Shown here: positions 19,366 through 29,263 of the stretch, piece after piece
How the letters are laid out: each line of letters starts with the position of its first letter
How positions within the stretch are numbered: the first letter of the stretch is position 1
Assembly: GCA_963780225.1 (NCBI GenBank)
Contig: CAWAAX010000004.1
Span: 64,001 to 128,000 of the forward strand
DNA from: an uncultured bacterium
Lineage (GTDB): Bacteria > Edwardsbacteria > AC1 > EtOH8
Direction of reading: 5' to 3'
Length of the DNA stretch: 64,000 bases
The notes under the pieces: model-generated
Database searches by the model: none
Seen by the model: the letters and a program-made list of their open reading frames with translations, nothing else
What the model was told of the DNA's origin: nothing
Program-made: the position numbers and the translations under genes

Positions 19366-21306
19366 CTAATCCCATAATTCCAAAGTCACTCCGAACGACT
19401 GGGTGCGGCGGGGCATGGGATAGCCGTAGCGGGTTTCATAATTAGCGTTGAACAGGTTCTCCACCTTGTAATAGACCCGGGCATCCACGATTTTCAGGGA
19501 AAGCACTTGGTTACTAATGATATAACGGGGCAGGGTCTGGTTGTACATATTGTCCAACTGGGTGTCGTTATACTGGGACCAGAACTTCCAGCCCAGCTTC
19601 AGGTCGGGCACGATCTGGATATCGTTGATTGAAACGGAGCCGTTGGCAGTATGCAGGGGCCTGAAGGCCAGCTTTGGCCTGCCAACGGTGTCCTGTACCG
19701 CCAGACAATAGGTATAGTTGATGTCCATGGTCACCAGGCCGAACATCGTGTGGCTAGCCTGCAGTTCGACCCCCTGAGAAAGGGTCCTGCCGATATTCGC
19801 AACCTGGGTGAACAGAGTGTCCGGTATCACAAAAACCATTTGCCCCCAGTTGATCAGGTCTGTGGTACTGGACCGGTAAAAGCAGAGGGAGCCTTTGGTT
19901 TTTGCCGTGCCCAGTTTAATTCCGACCTCAAACTGGATGTTTTTTTCAGGCAGAATGCTGTCATTGCCGGAATAAACAAAATTGGTGCCGTAGTAGTTAT
20001 CGACGGAGTACCAGTAAAGGTCGTTCAAAGTGGGAGCCCGGAATGATTTTCCATAGCTGGTGTAGATGTTCAGATATTCAGACACACCATAATTGGCGGA
20101 AAGAGATGGTGATACCTGGCTCTTATAAGCAAAGTCCTTGTCGTATCTGGCGCTGCCCACGATCAACAGGTCTTTTAACGGTTCCGCCTGCTGGATCAGG
20201 AACGCCGCTTTGTGTCTCAGCTCGGGCTCTCCCACCCCGGTTATATAGCTCTCCACCATCTGGTATCCAGCCCCGGCCGTGGTACTCAGCCCAGGCATCC
20301 AGGAATGCTGGTACTGCCCCTCTACGTTGGTCTGCAGGGTGTAGTTGCGGCTGGTCACCAAAGAATACCCCATGTTCTCTATGGAATTGCGGGAGAGGGC
20401 CACAAAGCTGTTTTGGTCATAACTGGCCTTGAAGCTGAAATCCTTTCCCCAGTCTTTTTGCCGGTTGGTGGATGAGGGATATAGCAGCGAGCCCGGCACG
20501 CCGTTCTGGGACTTGTATTCCTGGTAGCGCAGCTTGGTCTCGATCCTGTCATAGGGCTGGGCGAACAGGTCCAAAAAGTAATTGGTGCCGTCGTAGTCGG
20601 AATTGACCCTTTGTCCGCCGGTCTTCTTCCAGGTGGCGCCCATGGAGAGGGAGGCCCATTGAGCCAAAGGCCTTGAGACCATGGCCTCCCAAACCTGGGA
20701 ACTGTAGCCGCCTTTTTCGAAATTTATCTTGGAATACGGTTTGAGTTGTTTGGAATCCCGGGTGATGATGTTGATCACCCCGGCCACGGCATTGGCCCCA
20801 TACAGGCTGGAGGCCGGCCCCCGCACGATCTCGATCCTTTCGGCCTGGCTCAGTATCCGGTTCAGGTCATAGCTTCCATTTTGGGCCGAATTGACCGGCA
20901 AACCGTCCAGCAGGTAAAGCACCTGGTTGGTGGCCGCCCCCCGGATGGAAAGCGACAGGGCGCTGCCCAGGCCACCGTTACCGCCCAGGGAAGCACCGGC
21001 GGTCTGGGACAGGCGGTTGGCGGCGTCAACGTTCGGGGTCAGTGGTTCGGGTTCCAGCACCGTCACCGAGGCCGGGGCCGACCGCTCGGCCAGCGGGGTC
21101 CGGGTGGCGGTGACCACCATTCCCTTCAGCATATAGACCGCCAGGGAATCCTTCATCTCTTTGGTCTTGACGGCGGCGGTGCTGTCCAAAAGTTCTATGG
21201 AATCGGCCGTGCTGTCCGGAATGGATGCGGTGCTCTTGGTGCTGTCGGAGGTGCTGTCCATGGTTGCAGCGGTCAAAAGAAATGTTGCCAGCAGGGATAG
21301 AATCAT
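19366..21306 (-). CDS. btuB: TonB-dependent receptor, probable cobalamin transporter
   Basis: VVTATR TonB-box region, IEIVRGPASSLYG...GVINIIT plug, FRAPTLNDLY, ENLFN; last gene of the B12-riboswitch operon. Confidence 0.85.
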   Translation of the reverse strand: MILSLLATFLLTAATMDSTSDSTKSTASIPDSTADSIELLDSTAAVKTKEMKDSLAVYMLKGMVVTATRTPLAERSAPASVTVLEPEPLTPNVDAANRLSQTAGASLGGNGGLGSALSLSIRGAATNQVLYLLDGLPVNSAQNGSYDLNRILSQAERIEIVRGPASSLYGANAVAGVINIITRDSKQLKPYSKINFEKGGYSSQVWEAMVSRPLAQWASLSMGATWKKTGGQRVNSDYDGTNYFLDLFAQPYDRIETKLRYQEYKSQNGVPGSLLYPSSTNRQKDWGKDFSFKASYDQNSFVALSRNSIENMGYSLVTSRNYTLQTNVEGQYQHSWMPGLSTTAGAGYQMVESYITGVGEPELRHKAAFLIQQAEPLKDLLIVGSARYDKDFAYKSQVSPSLSANYGVSEYLNIYTSYGKSFRAPTLNDLYWYSVDNYYGTNFVYSGNDSILPEKNIQFEVGIKLGTAKTKGSLCFYRSSTTDLINWGQMVFVIPDTLFTQVANIGRTLSQGVELQASHTMFGLVTMDINYTYCLAVQDTVGRPKLAFRPLHTANGSVSINDIQIVPDLKLGWKFWSQYNDTQLDNMYNQTLPRYIISNQVLSLKIVDARVYYKVENLFNANYETRYGYPMPRRTQSFGVTLELWD

Positions 21307-21336
21307 GTGGGCCTCGATCTAATTTATGTTAAACGG

Positions 21337-22107
21337 TTAGATTATTATCTGGGGACGTCCGGTTACCGGATGGGATATCTTATGGACCTCGATCTGGTAT
21401 ACCGGGTTCAAATTTTCCGGGGTCAAAACTTCCTCCGGGGTTCCCTGCTTCACCAGGCGTCCCCGGTCCAAAAGCAGCAGGTGGTCGCAGAACTGTCCGG
21501 CTAGGTTCAGGTCGTGCAGCACCACCACCGACAATACTCCCCGGGACTCGGCCAGTTCCCTCACCAGAGATAGGATCTGTTTCTGGTGCTTCAGGTCCAG
21601 GTGGTTGGTGGGTTCGTCCAAAAGCAGGACCGATGTAGTCTGCGCCAAAGCCCGGGCCAGCACCACCCGCTGGCGCTCACCCCCGGAAAGGCTCCTGATG
21701 GGCCTATCTTTAAGATCGAAGCAATCGCAGTTGCGCATGGCGTTTTCTGCGATCCGGTGATCTTCGATCCCTTCGGGATGGAGGGGCCGTAAATAAGGGC
21801 TGCGGCCCATTAGTACTATCTCATAAGCGCTGAAGTCAAATGAAAAAATATTGTCTTGGAATACCACGGCCATCTTAAGGGCCAGTTTTTCGGGAGAAAA
21901 GCCCCCAAGATCTTGGTCTGCCAACTTTATTTCTCCTGAAAAACCTTTTTTATCCAGCATCCCGGCCAGGCACAGGCAGAGGGTGCTTTTGCCGGAACCG
22001 TTGGGTCCCAGCAGGCCCACCACCTTTCCCTGGGGCAGGGAAAAGCTGACGCCGTCCAGGGCTTTTAACGGCCCGTATTGGTATGAAAGATCTTTTACTT
22101 CGATCAC
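21337..22107 (-). CDS. btuD: Cobalamin/Fe-siderophore ABC transporter ATPase
   Basis: GPNGSGKS, LSGGERQR, LLDEPTNHLD, LHDLNLA. Confidence 0.85.
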   Translation of the reverse strand: MIEVKDLSYQYGPLKALDGVSFSLPQGKVVGLLGPNGSGKSTLCLCLAGMLDKKGFSGEIKLADQDLGGFSPEKLALKMAVVFQDNIFSFDFSAYEIVLMGRSPYLRPLHPEGIEDHRIAENAMRNCDCFDLKDRPIRSLSGGERQRVVLARALAQTTSVLLLDEPTNHLDLKHQKQILSLVRELAESRGVLSVVVLHDLNLAGQFCDHLLLLDRGRLVKQGTPEEVLTPENLNPVYQIEVHKISHPVTGRPQIII

Positions 22108-23084
22108 AGCCCGGACCTCTTTTTGCGCCGCAGCAGGTAGATGAAGAACGGCACGCCCAAAAGCGAGGTGATCACCCCCACCGGGATCTCCTGGGGGGCG
22201 ATGGTCCGGGCCAGGGCGTCGGCCAGCACCAAGAGGTTTGCCCCCAGCACCACCGACAGCGGAAGCAGCCGGGAATTTTTGGGGCCTGAAATCATCCGGG
22301 CCAGATGGGGCACCACCAGCCCCACGAAGCCGATCACTCCGGCCAGCGAGACCACGGCGGCCACCATCAGGGCCGAGGCCAAAAGTATCCGCACCTTCAG
22401 CTTCTCCACCTTAAGCCCCAGGCTTTGGGCCGGCTGTTCCCCCAAAGAGAGCAGGTCCAGGTTGCGCCCCTGGCTCCAGAGGTAGGCGGTGCATACTATG
22501 ATGATGGCCGCGCAGACCCACAACAGATAGAGGCTCTGGGTGCCGAAGATCATCCCCAGGTTGCCCATCAAAAGATAGATCATTTCCTGAAGCTGGCGCC
22601 CGGCCAAAGCCAAAAGCAGCATGATCAGGGCCGAGAAGAAGGCATTAACAATTATTCCGGACAGGATCACAGTCTCCGCCGGCAGTCTGGATCCCACTTT
22701 GCTCAAATTGTAGACGACATAGAGGGCTAAAAGACCGAAGGCCAGCGAGAACAAGGGAAGGCCAACGGCCCCGCCCACCCCGGCCGAAAGGCCCAGCAGC
22801 AGGGCCAAAGCCGCCCCGAAGGCCGCGCCTCCGGAGACGCCCAACAGATAAGGTTCGGCCAGCGGATTGCCCAGGGCCGCCTGCAGGGCCGCGCCGGACG
22901 AGGCCAGCCCGGCTCCGGCCAGCATGCCCAACAGCACCCGGGGCAGGCGGATGGCCATCACCTGTGGGTCAGCCAGCAGGCCAAAACCGGCCGGCCCGGA
23001 AGCCAGTCCCAGCAGGATGGTCAGAAGACTTACCGGCAGCAGATAATACCAGGCTTTGATGTCACGGCGCATAGAATATCCCAT
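22104..23084 (-). CDS. btuC: FecCD/BtuC-family ABC permease
   Basis: IRLPR, NPLAEPYLLGVSGGA, IGFVGLVVPH, EIPVG. Confidence 0.88.
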   Translation of the reverse strand: MGYSMRRDIKAWYYLLPVSLLTILLGLASGPAGFGLLADPQVMAIRLPRVLLGMLAGAGLASSGAALQAALGNPLAEPYLLGVSGGAAFGAALALLLGLSAGVGGAVGLPLFSLAFGLLALYVVYNLSKVGSRLPAETVILSGIIVNAFFSALIMLLLALAGRQLQEMIYLLMGNLGMIFGTQSLYLLWVCAAIIIVCTAYLWSQGRNLDLLSLGEQPAQSLGLKVEKLKVRILLASALMVAAVVSLAGVIGFVGLVVPHLARMISGPKNSRLLPLSVVLGANLLVLADALARTIAPQEIPVGVITSLLGVPFFIYLLRRKKRSGL

Positions 23085-23952
23085 GCAGTATCTTTAATCC
23101 TTCCGTAAAACGGGGGCCGGGGCGCAGGATCACGTCCTGATCCAGCCCGGGGTAGATCCGGCCGTTTCTGACGGCCGAGACATTCTGCCAGCCCAGCCGC
23201 TGTTCGATCTGTTCTTTTGTAGCCTGGGGGTGGAGCACGATGATGATATCGGGGTTATTTTTTACCACCAGTTCGGGGTTGACTGCGGCGTATGATGAGG
23301 GGATGTTCCCGGTGACGTTGATCCCGCCGGCCAGGGCTATCATCTGGCCGATGAAGCTGGAATCCCCGGCGGCGAACAGGGGGGAGGAACCCAGCTCGGC
23401 AAAGACCTTCGGTCTTTTTCCCACAGGCACCGAATCCACCGCGGCTTGGATGGCGGCCAGCTGAAGGTCCATTTCCCGGTTCAACGAATCCGCCCGGCTT
23501 GGGCATTCCAGCAACTGGCCCAGCACTCTTAAGGCCCTTTGGATGTCGGCCACGGTCTCGTCCTTAAAGCAGAGAACCGGAATGTTCAGGGCTTCGAATT
23601 TCTCAAGCAGCGGACTGGGCCGGCTGCCGATCATCAGAGCCAGGTCCGGCTTAAGCGAGACCATCCGCTCGAAGTTGGGGCTCATCATGTCGCCGACCAC
23701 GGTCTTTTCTTTGGCTTGGGGCGGCCAGTTGCACCAGGCGGTGACCCCCGCCAGCCGGCCCTCTCCGCCCAGGGCGTAGACCATCTCAGTCAGGCTGGGG
23801 GCAAAGGAGATCACTCTTAACGGGGCTTGGTTCAGGCTGACGGTTCGGCCCAGGTCGTCGGTGATGCTCAATGTCATCTTACCATGCGGCCGGGGCTGGG
23901 CGCTGCATCCCAGGAGAAACAATAGGGATATGAAATAAAGGGATCGTTTCAT
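23062..23952 (-). CDS. btuF: Cobalamin-binding lipoprotein
   Basis: Lipobox LLGC, DDLGR, RVIS.APS.TE, RPGPR. Confidence 0.88.
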   Translation of the reverse strand: MKRSLYFISLLFLLGCSAQPRPHGKMTLSITDDLGRTVSLNQAPLRVISFAPSLTEMVYALGGEGRLAGVTAWCNWPPQAKEKTVVGDMMSPNFERMVSLKPDLALMIGSRPSPLLEKFEALNIPVLCFKDETVADIQRALRVLGQLLECPSRADSLNREMDLQLAAIQAAVDSVPVGKRPKVFAELGSSPLFAAGDSSFIGQMIALAGGINVTGNIPSSYAAVNPELVVKNNPDIIIVLHPQATKEQIEQRLGWQNVSAVRNGRIYPGLDQDVILRPGPRFTEGLKILHGIFYAP

Positions 23953-23989
23953 GACAGGCGGCGTTCGTAATTAGTGGGTTATTCTTGTA

Positions 23990-24034
23990 AACAAAAACCC
24001 GTTCCTCTGGCCTTTTTAGCCGGAAGAACGGGCT
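23990..24034 (-). terminator. Leader terminator (riboswitch expression platform)
   Basis: Minus strand CCCGTTC...GAACGGG-TTTTTGTTT, about 40 nt before the btuF start. Confidence 0.7.
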
Positions 24035-24157
24035 GGCAATCTTAAAACGAATGCTTTTTCAGCCCGGCCTTCCCGCGAAGCCGGAATAAACCTTGGGAAT
24101 AGGGAATGGATGCTTGGGGGTCGTGAACAAAACCCAGTAATCCAGTCCCAGTTCCCT

Positions 24158-24322
24158 GTATCAAGGCCGGTCTCCTGGCTTGCCGGCAGCCGGATCGCCT
24201 TCCCGTCCTTTTAAGACAGTGGCTGATTGATCGCGACCATAACGCCGGTTCACAGTTGCGGGGCAGCTCCCGGTTTACACGGGATTCCCGATTATCCCCA
24301 AAAAAGATGGGGCACCTTGAAG
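24158..24322 (-). ncRNA. Cobalamin (B12) riboswitch
   Basis: Minus strand: AAGGTGC...AATCGGGAA..CGTGTAAACCG...CTGCCCCGCAACTGT...AGCCACTG...GGGAAGG...AGCCAGGAGACCGGCC (B12 box); lies upstream of btuFCDB. Confidence 0.95.
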
Positions 24323-24327
24323 ATGGG

Positions 24328-24357
24328 ATTATATTCCAAAACCCATGCTGCTGTCAA
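24328..24357 (-). promoter_or_regulatory. sigma70 promoter for the B12 operon
   Basis: Minus strand TTGACA-18 nt-TATAAT, placing the start site at the riboswitch 5' end. Confidence 0.75.
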
Positions 24358-24580
24358 CCATTGATTTTTTACCAAAGGCAGACAGGAGTGCCTCCGCTAA
24401 AGCTATGGCACTCGAGGAAGTCTAATAGATAGCGTAAGCGGATTTACATGATTAAAAAACCAGAATAAAATATCCCGTATTTAAGAGAATATCCGGATGA
24501 GTATGTTAACCATGTGAATTAAGCCAAATTCTGCCCAAAGGTCCCAAAGCAAGAAATATTAAAATAATTTTGTTTACCCC

Positions 24581-24609
24581 TTGACAAGTTGCTGTTATTA
24601 TGTTATTAT
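24581..24609 (+). promoter_or_regulatory. sigma70 promoter for the zinc-ribbon gene
   Basis: TTGACA-17 nt-TATTAT with TG extension. Confidence 0.7.
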
Positions 24610-24643
24610 TGCAACAGTAACAATAGAACGTTTGGAGAAGTAG

Positions 24644-24684
24644 AATCCCGTTTCGGTTGTTAAACCAAAACGGATTTTTTTATT
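24644..24684 (+). terminator. Terminator-like hairpin in the 5' leader
   Basis: AATCCCGTTTCGGTT-GTTA-AACCAAAACGGATT then TTTTTATT, between promoter and RBS. Confidence 0.55.
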
Positions 24685-24720
24685 CCTCCGGACAAAAAAA
24701 CCACAATTCCAAGGAGAAAC

Positions 24721-24993
24721 ATGAGTTTCACGGACAAGACCCTCACCTGCAAAGACTGCAGCAAGCCATTCACCTTCACTGCCGGCGAGCAGGAGTTCTA
24801 CCAACAGAAGGGCTTTCAGAATGAGCCCCAGCGTTGCCCGGATTGCCGTCAGAACAACAAGAACGCCAAGCGCGGACCGCGCCAGCTGTTCAAGGTGACC
24901 TGCGCCGAGTGCGGCAACGAAGCCGAAGTCCCCTTCAAGCCCACCGGCGACCGTCCGGTGCTTTGCTCGGACTGCTTCAACAAGAAGCGCTAA
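24721..24993 (+). CDS. Zinc-ribbon protein with CxxC-x17-CxxC domain
   Basis: CKDC...FTFTAGEQEFY..KGF.NEP.RCPDC; CAEC...VPFKP..DRPVLCSDC; AAGGAG RBS. Confidence 0.92.
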   Translation: MSFTDKTLTCKDCSKPFTFTAGEQEFYQQKGFQNEPQRCPDCRQNNKNAKRGPRQLFKVTCAECGNEAEVPFKPTGDRPVLCSDCFNKKR

Positions 24994-25027
24994 TCAGCCA
25001 ATTACTGTACATTAATATACGGTAATC

Positions 25028-25065
25028 AAGAACCCCTCCGTCCCAACCGGAGGGGTTCTTACTTT
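25028..25065 (+). terminator. Intrinsic terminator
   Basis: AAGAACCCCTCCG-loop-CGGAGGGGTTCTT-ACTTT. Confidence 0.75.
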
Positions 25066-25117
25066 GTCCCCGGATGTTCCGAGCAGGATTTTTAGGAATG
25101 GCCGGGGCATTTTTCTA

Positions 25118-25145
25118 TTGACATTACAACAGGTTAGGATATAAT
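25118..25145 (+). promoter_or_regulatory. sigma70 promoter
   Basis: TTGACA-16 nt-TATAAT. Confidence 0.7.
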
Positions 25146-25296
25146 TAAAAGTTAAATCATGGATTTGATCATTCGCCAGGGCCGCCGTCAATTGAAAATC
25201 GCAACGAAGCTCAAGGCAGGAGTTGCCGCCGGCTGTTTTTATATTTTTTAATCCAAGGTTAAACCATACACCAGTGGAAGTTTATCGCAAAGCATT

Positions 25297-26274
25297 ATGG
25301 CTACGGAGATAATTGACCGTTCTCATTTGAGCGAGAAAGCCTGGAACATCCTGTTGCAGGGATCGCCGCACTCCACCTTCTATCACGGTTTGGATTGGAT
25401 AGACGCCTGCTGCCGGGGAATGGGGGGGTACCGGCCATTTTTTGCGGTGAGCGACAACGGACAGGGTGAGTATCAGGCTGGCCTGCCCTTCGTGACCTCG
25501 GTCCGATCGGGGATCCGGCAGAGTTTATCGCTTCCGTTCGGGACTTACGGCGGCATCCTGGCTTTGGCCGGCACCGGCGCCGGCCAGCTTGAATCATTTG
25601 CCAAAGACACGGCCAAGGCCATGTCGGGACCGCTTGTGGCCCTGCAGAATATCGTGGAATATTCCGGTTTGCAGGATTGGAGCCGGTTTGGATTTAAAAG
25701 CACCCTGCTGCAAACCCATGTTACGGACATGGAGGAATACAACAAGAACCCCGTTCATCTGCATAAGCGCGGAGCATTGCAGGCCAGGAATCACGGGGTC
25801 CAAACCCGGCCGCTTGAGACGCTGGAGGAAATAAACGACTGTTATCGGATCATAAAGGAACGGGACCGCCGGATGGGCCAGGCCACCCGCTATCCCCTGG
25901 GACTGTACCACAGCATCTATCAATCGGTAGGCCCGGCCAAAAGGCTGTGGTGGCGGCTGGCGGTAAAGGAGCAGCAGATACTAGGGTTTGCCCTGAGTTT
26001 TGTAGACGGCCAGACCGTCTATTACTGGGAGGGGGCGTCCTCCGAAGCCCGGGCCGGGTTGCGCCCCAGCGACGCTTTGTTTTCCGACATTTTTACCATG
26101 GCCGCCGACCGCGGTATCGGGCAGGTCAACCTGGGGGCTTCGCCCCCGGGAGCCTTGGGGCTCGTTAGTTTCAAACAGGCCTGGGGGGGGCAGCCCCGGG
26201 AATACCGTTCTTACATCCGCCGCTCCGGCTGGATGAACCTGCTGCAGAAGATCAGGCGAGGGGTGGCGGGATGA
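25297..26274 (+). CDS. GNAT-fold protein (FemAB/CelD-BcsL-like)
   Basis: STFYH..DW, SLPFGTYGG, YYWEGAS, LGAS...GLVSFKQAWG. Confidence 0.8.
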   Translation: MATEIIDRSHLSEKAWNILLQGSPHSTFYHGLDWIDACCRGMGGYRPFFAVSDNGQGEYQAGLPFVTSVRSGIRQSLSLPFGTYGGILALAGTGAGQLESFAKDTAKAMSGPLVALQNIVEYSGLQDWSRFGFKSTLLQTHVTDMEEYNKNPVHLHKRGALQARNHGVQTRPLETLEEINDCYRIIKERDRRMGQATRYPLGLYHSIYQSVGPAKRLWWRLAVKEQQILGFALSFVDGQTVYYWEGASSEARAGLRPSDALFSDIFTMAADRGIGQVNLGASPPGALGLVSFKQAWGGQPREYRSYIRRSGWMNLLQKIRRGVAG

Positions 26275-27338
26275 AGCTGATGCTGCTGGGCGATGCCGGC
26301 AACCGCCATGTCCTGCGCTGGGCCGACTACTTTGCAGAGCGGGGGCACCAGGTGCACCTGCTGTCTCTGGAGAAGGCCGGGCCGACCAGGGCTGAGGTGC
26401 ATCAGCTGAAAGCTCCGCCCCTGCCGCGGCCCTTGAGGTATCTCAGCATCCTGCCCCAGGTCAGGCGCCTGGCCGGCTCATTGCGCCCGGATCTGGTCAA
26501 CGCCCATTTTCTGCCGAACTACGGCTGGATCTCGGCTTTGGCCGGTTTGTCGCCGCTGGCCGTCTCAATCTGGGGCTCGGACATCCTGATCTCGGCCCGA
26601 AGATCGCCGCTGCATCTATGGCGGGCGCGGCATGTACTTTCGCGGTGCCGGACGGTGACCTGCGACGGGGAAAACCTTTTTGGAGCCTTGCAGGAATTAG
26701 GGGTGGAGCCAGGGCGCATTCTGAATGTCCCGATGGGCATTGAGGAAGAAATCATCACTTCCCGCAAAAACAGCTGGCCGCCGGATAAAAAAATACTGAT
26801 CGCCAGCATCAGGCAGCTGGAGCCGGTATACGATGTGGCCACCCTGATCGGGGCGCTGCCCCTGCTGGGGTCCGAAATCAGCCGGATCAGTTTGGCGGTG
26901 GCCGGAACGGGCAGCCAGACCGAAGCGTTGGCCAGTTTAGCCCGGCAGACCAATGTTACGGGAGATGTGGATTTCCTCGGCTCCCTGGGGCACGAGGAGG
27001 TGATAGGTCTTTTGCAGAAAACCGACATTTATGTTTCCACCTCAATATCCGACAGCACCTCTGTCTCCCTGCTGGAGGCCATGGCCTGCGGCTGCGTTCC
27101 GGTGGTAACCGACATTCCCGGCAACCGGGAGTGGATAACAGACGGGGAAAACGGATATCTCTTTCCGGCCGGGGATCAAGCTTTCCTGGCCCGTTTGTTG
27201 AAGGAGCTGATCCGCCGTCCTCCGGATATCGAAGCCGTCAGCCGGAGGAATGCCTTGGTCATACGGCAGAAAGCCCTTTGGAAAAACAATATGGCGATGA
27301 TAGAAGAAAGATTTGCCGGGATCACAGGCAATAAATAA
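26271..27338 (+). CDS. Glycosyltransferase family 4
   Basis: PDLVNAH, WGSDI, DIYVSTS.SD..SVSLLEAMACG, TDIPGNRE. Confidence 0.92.
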   Translation: MKLMLLGDAGNRHVLRWADYFAERGHQVHLLSLEKAGPTRAEVHQLKAPPLPRPLRYLSILPQVRRLAGSLRPDLVNAHFLPNYGWISALAGLSPLAVSIWGSDILISARRSPLHLWRARHVLSRCRTVTCDGENLFGALQELGVEPGRILNVPMGIEEEIITSRKNSWPPDKKILIASIRQLEPVYDVATLIGALPLLGSEISRISLAVAGTGSQTEALASLARQTNVTGDVDFLGSLGHEEVIGLLQKTDIYVSTSISDSTSVSLLEAMACGCVPVVTDIPGNREWITDGENGYLFPAGDQAFLARLLKELIRRPPDIEAVSRRNALVIRQKALWKNNMAMIEERFAGITGNK

Positions 27339-27360
27339 TCAACAGCGACAGGATCAGTAT

Positions 27361-28554
27361 TTGAAGAAGCGGGTAATAATAATCCTTTTATGTCCCCTGC
27401 TGGGCTGGGCCTCCCTGGCCCCCAACCAGATGACCGTCATCGATGGGCGGGGCGGCGCCAGGATCACCGAGACGGTGACATTTGACAAGGAGGAGTACCT
27501 GAGCCTGGCCGACCTGTCGGCCAACTGGAACGCCCAGGCCACCTGGTCCGAGCTTACCGGCAACGCCGACCTTAAACTTCCGGGACATACCCTGCGTTTT
27601 TCGGCCGACAATACCTTTTTTCTGGCCGACGGAAAATCCTACAACCTGTTCAATCCGGCCAGGCTTTATCAGGGCGAGCTCTACGTTCCGATGGAGCTTT
27701 TCACCCGGTTCCTGATACCTTTATGGGGGCGGAGCATCATCTGGGACTCAAAAGACCGCAAGCTGAGCCTGGGCGGGATCAGTCCGGAACAGATCAAGAT
27801 CCCCGAGGCCCGGCGCCGCAATCAGATCCCGGAAAAGCAGGGCATCCAAAAGGTGGTGGTGGACCCCGGACACGGCGGCAAGGACCCCGGGGCGGTGGGC
27901 CCCACCGGCCTGTGCGAGAAGGATGTGAATCTGGAGATAGCCCTGATGCTGAAGGCCATCCTGGAGCAGGACCACAATCTGATAGTGGTGATGACCCGGC
28001 GGGACGACACCTTCATCCCGCTGGGCGACCGCACCAAGCTGGCCAACCAGGAGGCGGCCGATGTCTTCATCAGCATCCACTGCAACGCGGCCCCGCGCAA
28101 AAAGGTGAAACTGAAGACCATGAGGGGCTCCGAGACCTACTTCCTGTCCCTGGCCAAGACCGACGATGCCCGGGCCACCGCGGCCATGGAAAACTCGGCC
28201 ATCGACTTTGAACAGCCCCAGAAGAACGTGGCCAACCAGGATGACGTCCAGTTCATATTATGGGACATGGTGCAGAACGAGTTCCTGACCGAGTCCAGCG
28301 ACCTGGCCGAGCTGGTGCAGGAATCGCTGACCAAAAAGCTTCCCGCCGTGCCCAACCGGGGGATCAACCAGGCCGGGTTCTACGTGCTGAACGGCGCCTA
28401 CATGCCGGCCATTTTGGTGGAGACCTCGTTCATATCCCACCGGGACGAGGAGAAGCTGCTGAAGAAGCCGGATAACCTGAAGAAGATCGCCCGGGCGATC
28501 GCCGACGGACTGGAGGCTTTTGCCCAAAAGTACAAGAAGGAATTGGGGCAGTAG
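27361..28554 (+). CDS. N-acetylmuramoyl-L-alanine amidase (Amidase_3) with N-terminal accessory domain
   Basis: VVDPGHGGKDPGA, EKDVNL, FISIHCNA, PAILVET; start moved to TTG 27361, just before a signal-peptide-like segment. Confidence 0.9.
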   Translation: MKKRVIIILLCPLLGWASLAPNQMTVIDGRGGARITETVTFDKEEYLSLADLSANWNAQATWSELTGNADLKLPGHTLRFSADNTFFLADGKSYNLFNPARLYQGELYVPMELFTRFLIPLWGRSIIWDSKDRKLSLGGISPEQIKIPEARRRNQIPEKQGIQKVVVDPGHGGKDPGAVGPTGLCEKDVNLEIALMLKAILEQDHNLIVVMTRRDDTFIPLGDRTKLANQEAADVFISIHCNAAPRKKVKLKTMRGSETYFLSLAKTDDARATAAMENSAIDFEQPQKNVANQDDVQFILWDMVQNEFLTESSDLAELVQESLTKKLPAVPNRGINQAGFYVLNGAYMPAILVETSFISHRDEEKLLKKPDNLKKIARAIADGLEAFAQKYKKELGQ

Positions 28555-28629
28555 GGGCTGCCGGTGGTTTCGGTACACCCCGCCGCGGGCTGAGTGATCG
28601 GTGATTTCAATAAACCTATTCGGAACTCA

Positions 28630-28700
28630 ACCACCGGCCAACGGAAGGCACGAAATCTTGTCCTGAGCCGAGTCGAAGGAACACGAAAAGATGCGAAATA
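28630..28700. repeat. Periodic CACGAAA-type repeats with an inserted TGTCCTGAGCCGAGTCGAAGGA hairpin motif
   Basis: ACGGAA GGCACGAAA [insert] ACACGAAAA GATGCGAAA; the inverse motif CCTTCGACAAGCTCAGG occurs near 48201. Confidence 0.6.
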
Positions 28701-28704
28701 TTTA

Positions 28705-29241
28705 ATGAAAATATTATTCCTTTATGGCCCTCCGGCCTCCGGCAAACTCACGGTGGCAGAGAAACTTTCGAAGCTTACCGGTTTTAAAATATTCCACAAC
28801 CATCTGACGGTCGATTTTGCCATCCAGTTCTTTCCCTGGGGGTCGCCTGAATACGGAGAATTAGTGGGAGCAACCAGGTTAAAAGTTTTGGAATTGGCGG
28901 CTAAAACAAAGGGTCCTGGCCTGATAATAACTTATTGCTACGGTCACCCGGAAGATCTTCCATTCATCAAAAAAATGTGCCGCATAGCCAAATCCGCCAA
29001 TTCCAAGATATATTTTTATCAGATTCTGTGCGACCAAGACGAGCTTTTCAACCGGGCAAGGAGCAAAACCAGGGCCAAATACAAAAAGGTCCGTTCCCCG
29101 AAGGTCCTGCGGGAGATTCTCAATAAATACGACTTGTACACCCCTATCCCCGGCGTGAAAAACCTGCCGGTGGACACGACAAAGCTGAGCGCAGTTCGGG
29201 CGGCAAAATTGATTTATGATGACATCAGCGCGAAGCAGTGA
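28705..29241 (+). CDS. AAA-family P-loop kinase
   Basis: MKILFLYGPPASGKLTVA, FHNHLTVD; the ORF-track extension to 28594 runs through repeats. Confidence 0.8.
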   Translation: MKILFLYGPPASGKLTVAEKLSKLTGFKIFHNHLTVDFAIQFFPWGSPEYGELVGATRLKVLELAAKTKGPGLIITYCYGHPEDLPFIKKMCRIAKSANSKIYFYQILCDQDELFNRARSKTRAKYKKVRSPKVLREILNKYDLYTPIPGVKNLPVDTTKLSAVRAAKLIYDDISAKQ

Positions 29242-29263
29242 ACCCATCTGCAGAGGAACAAAA

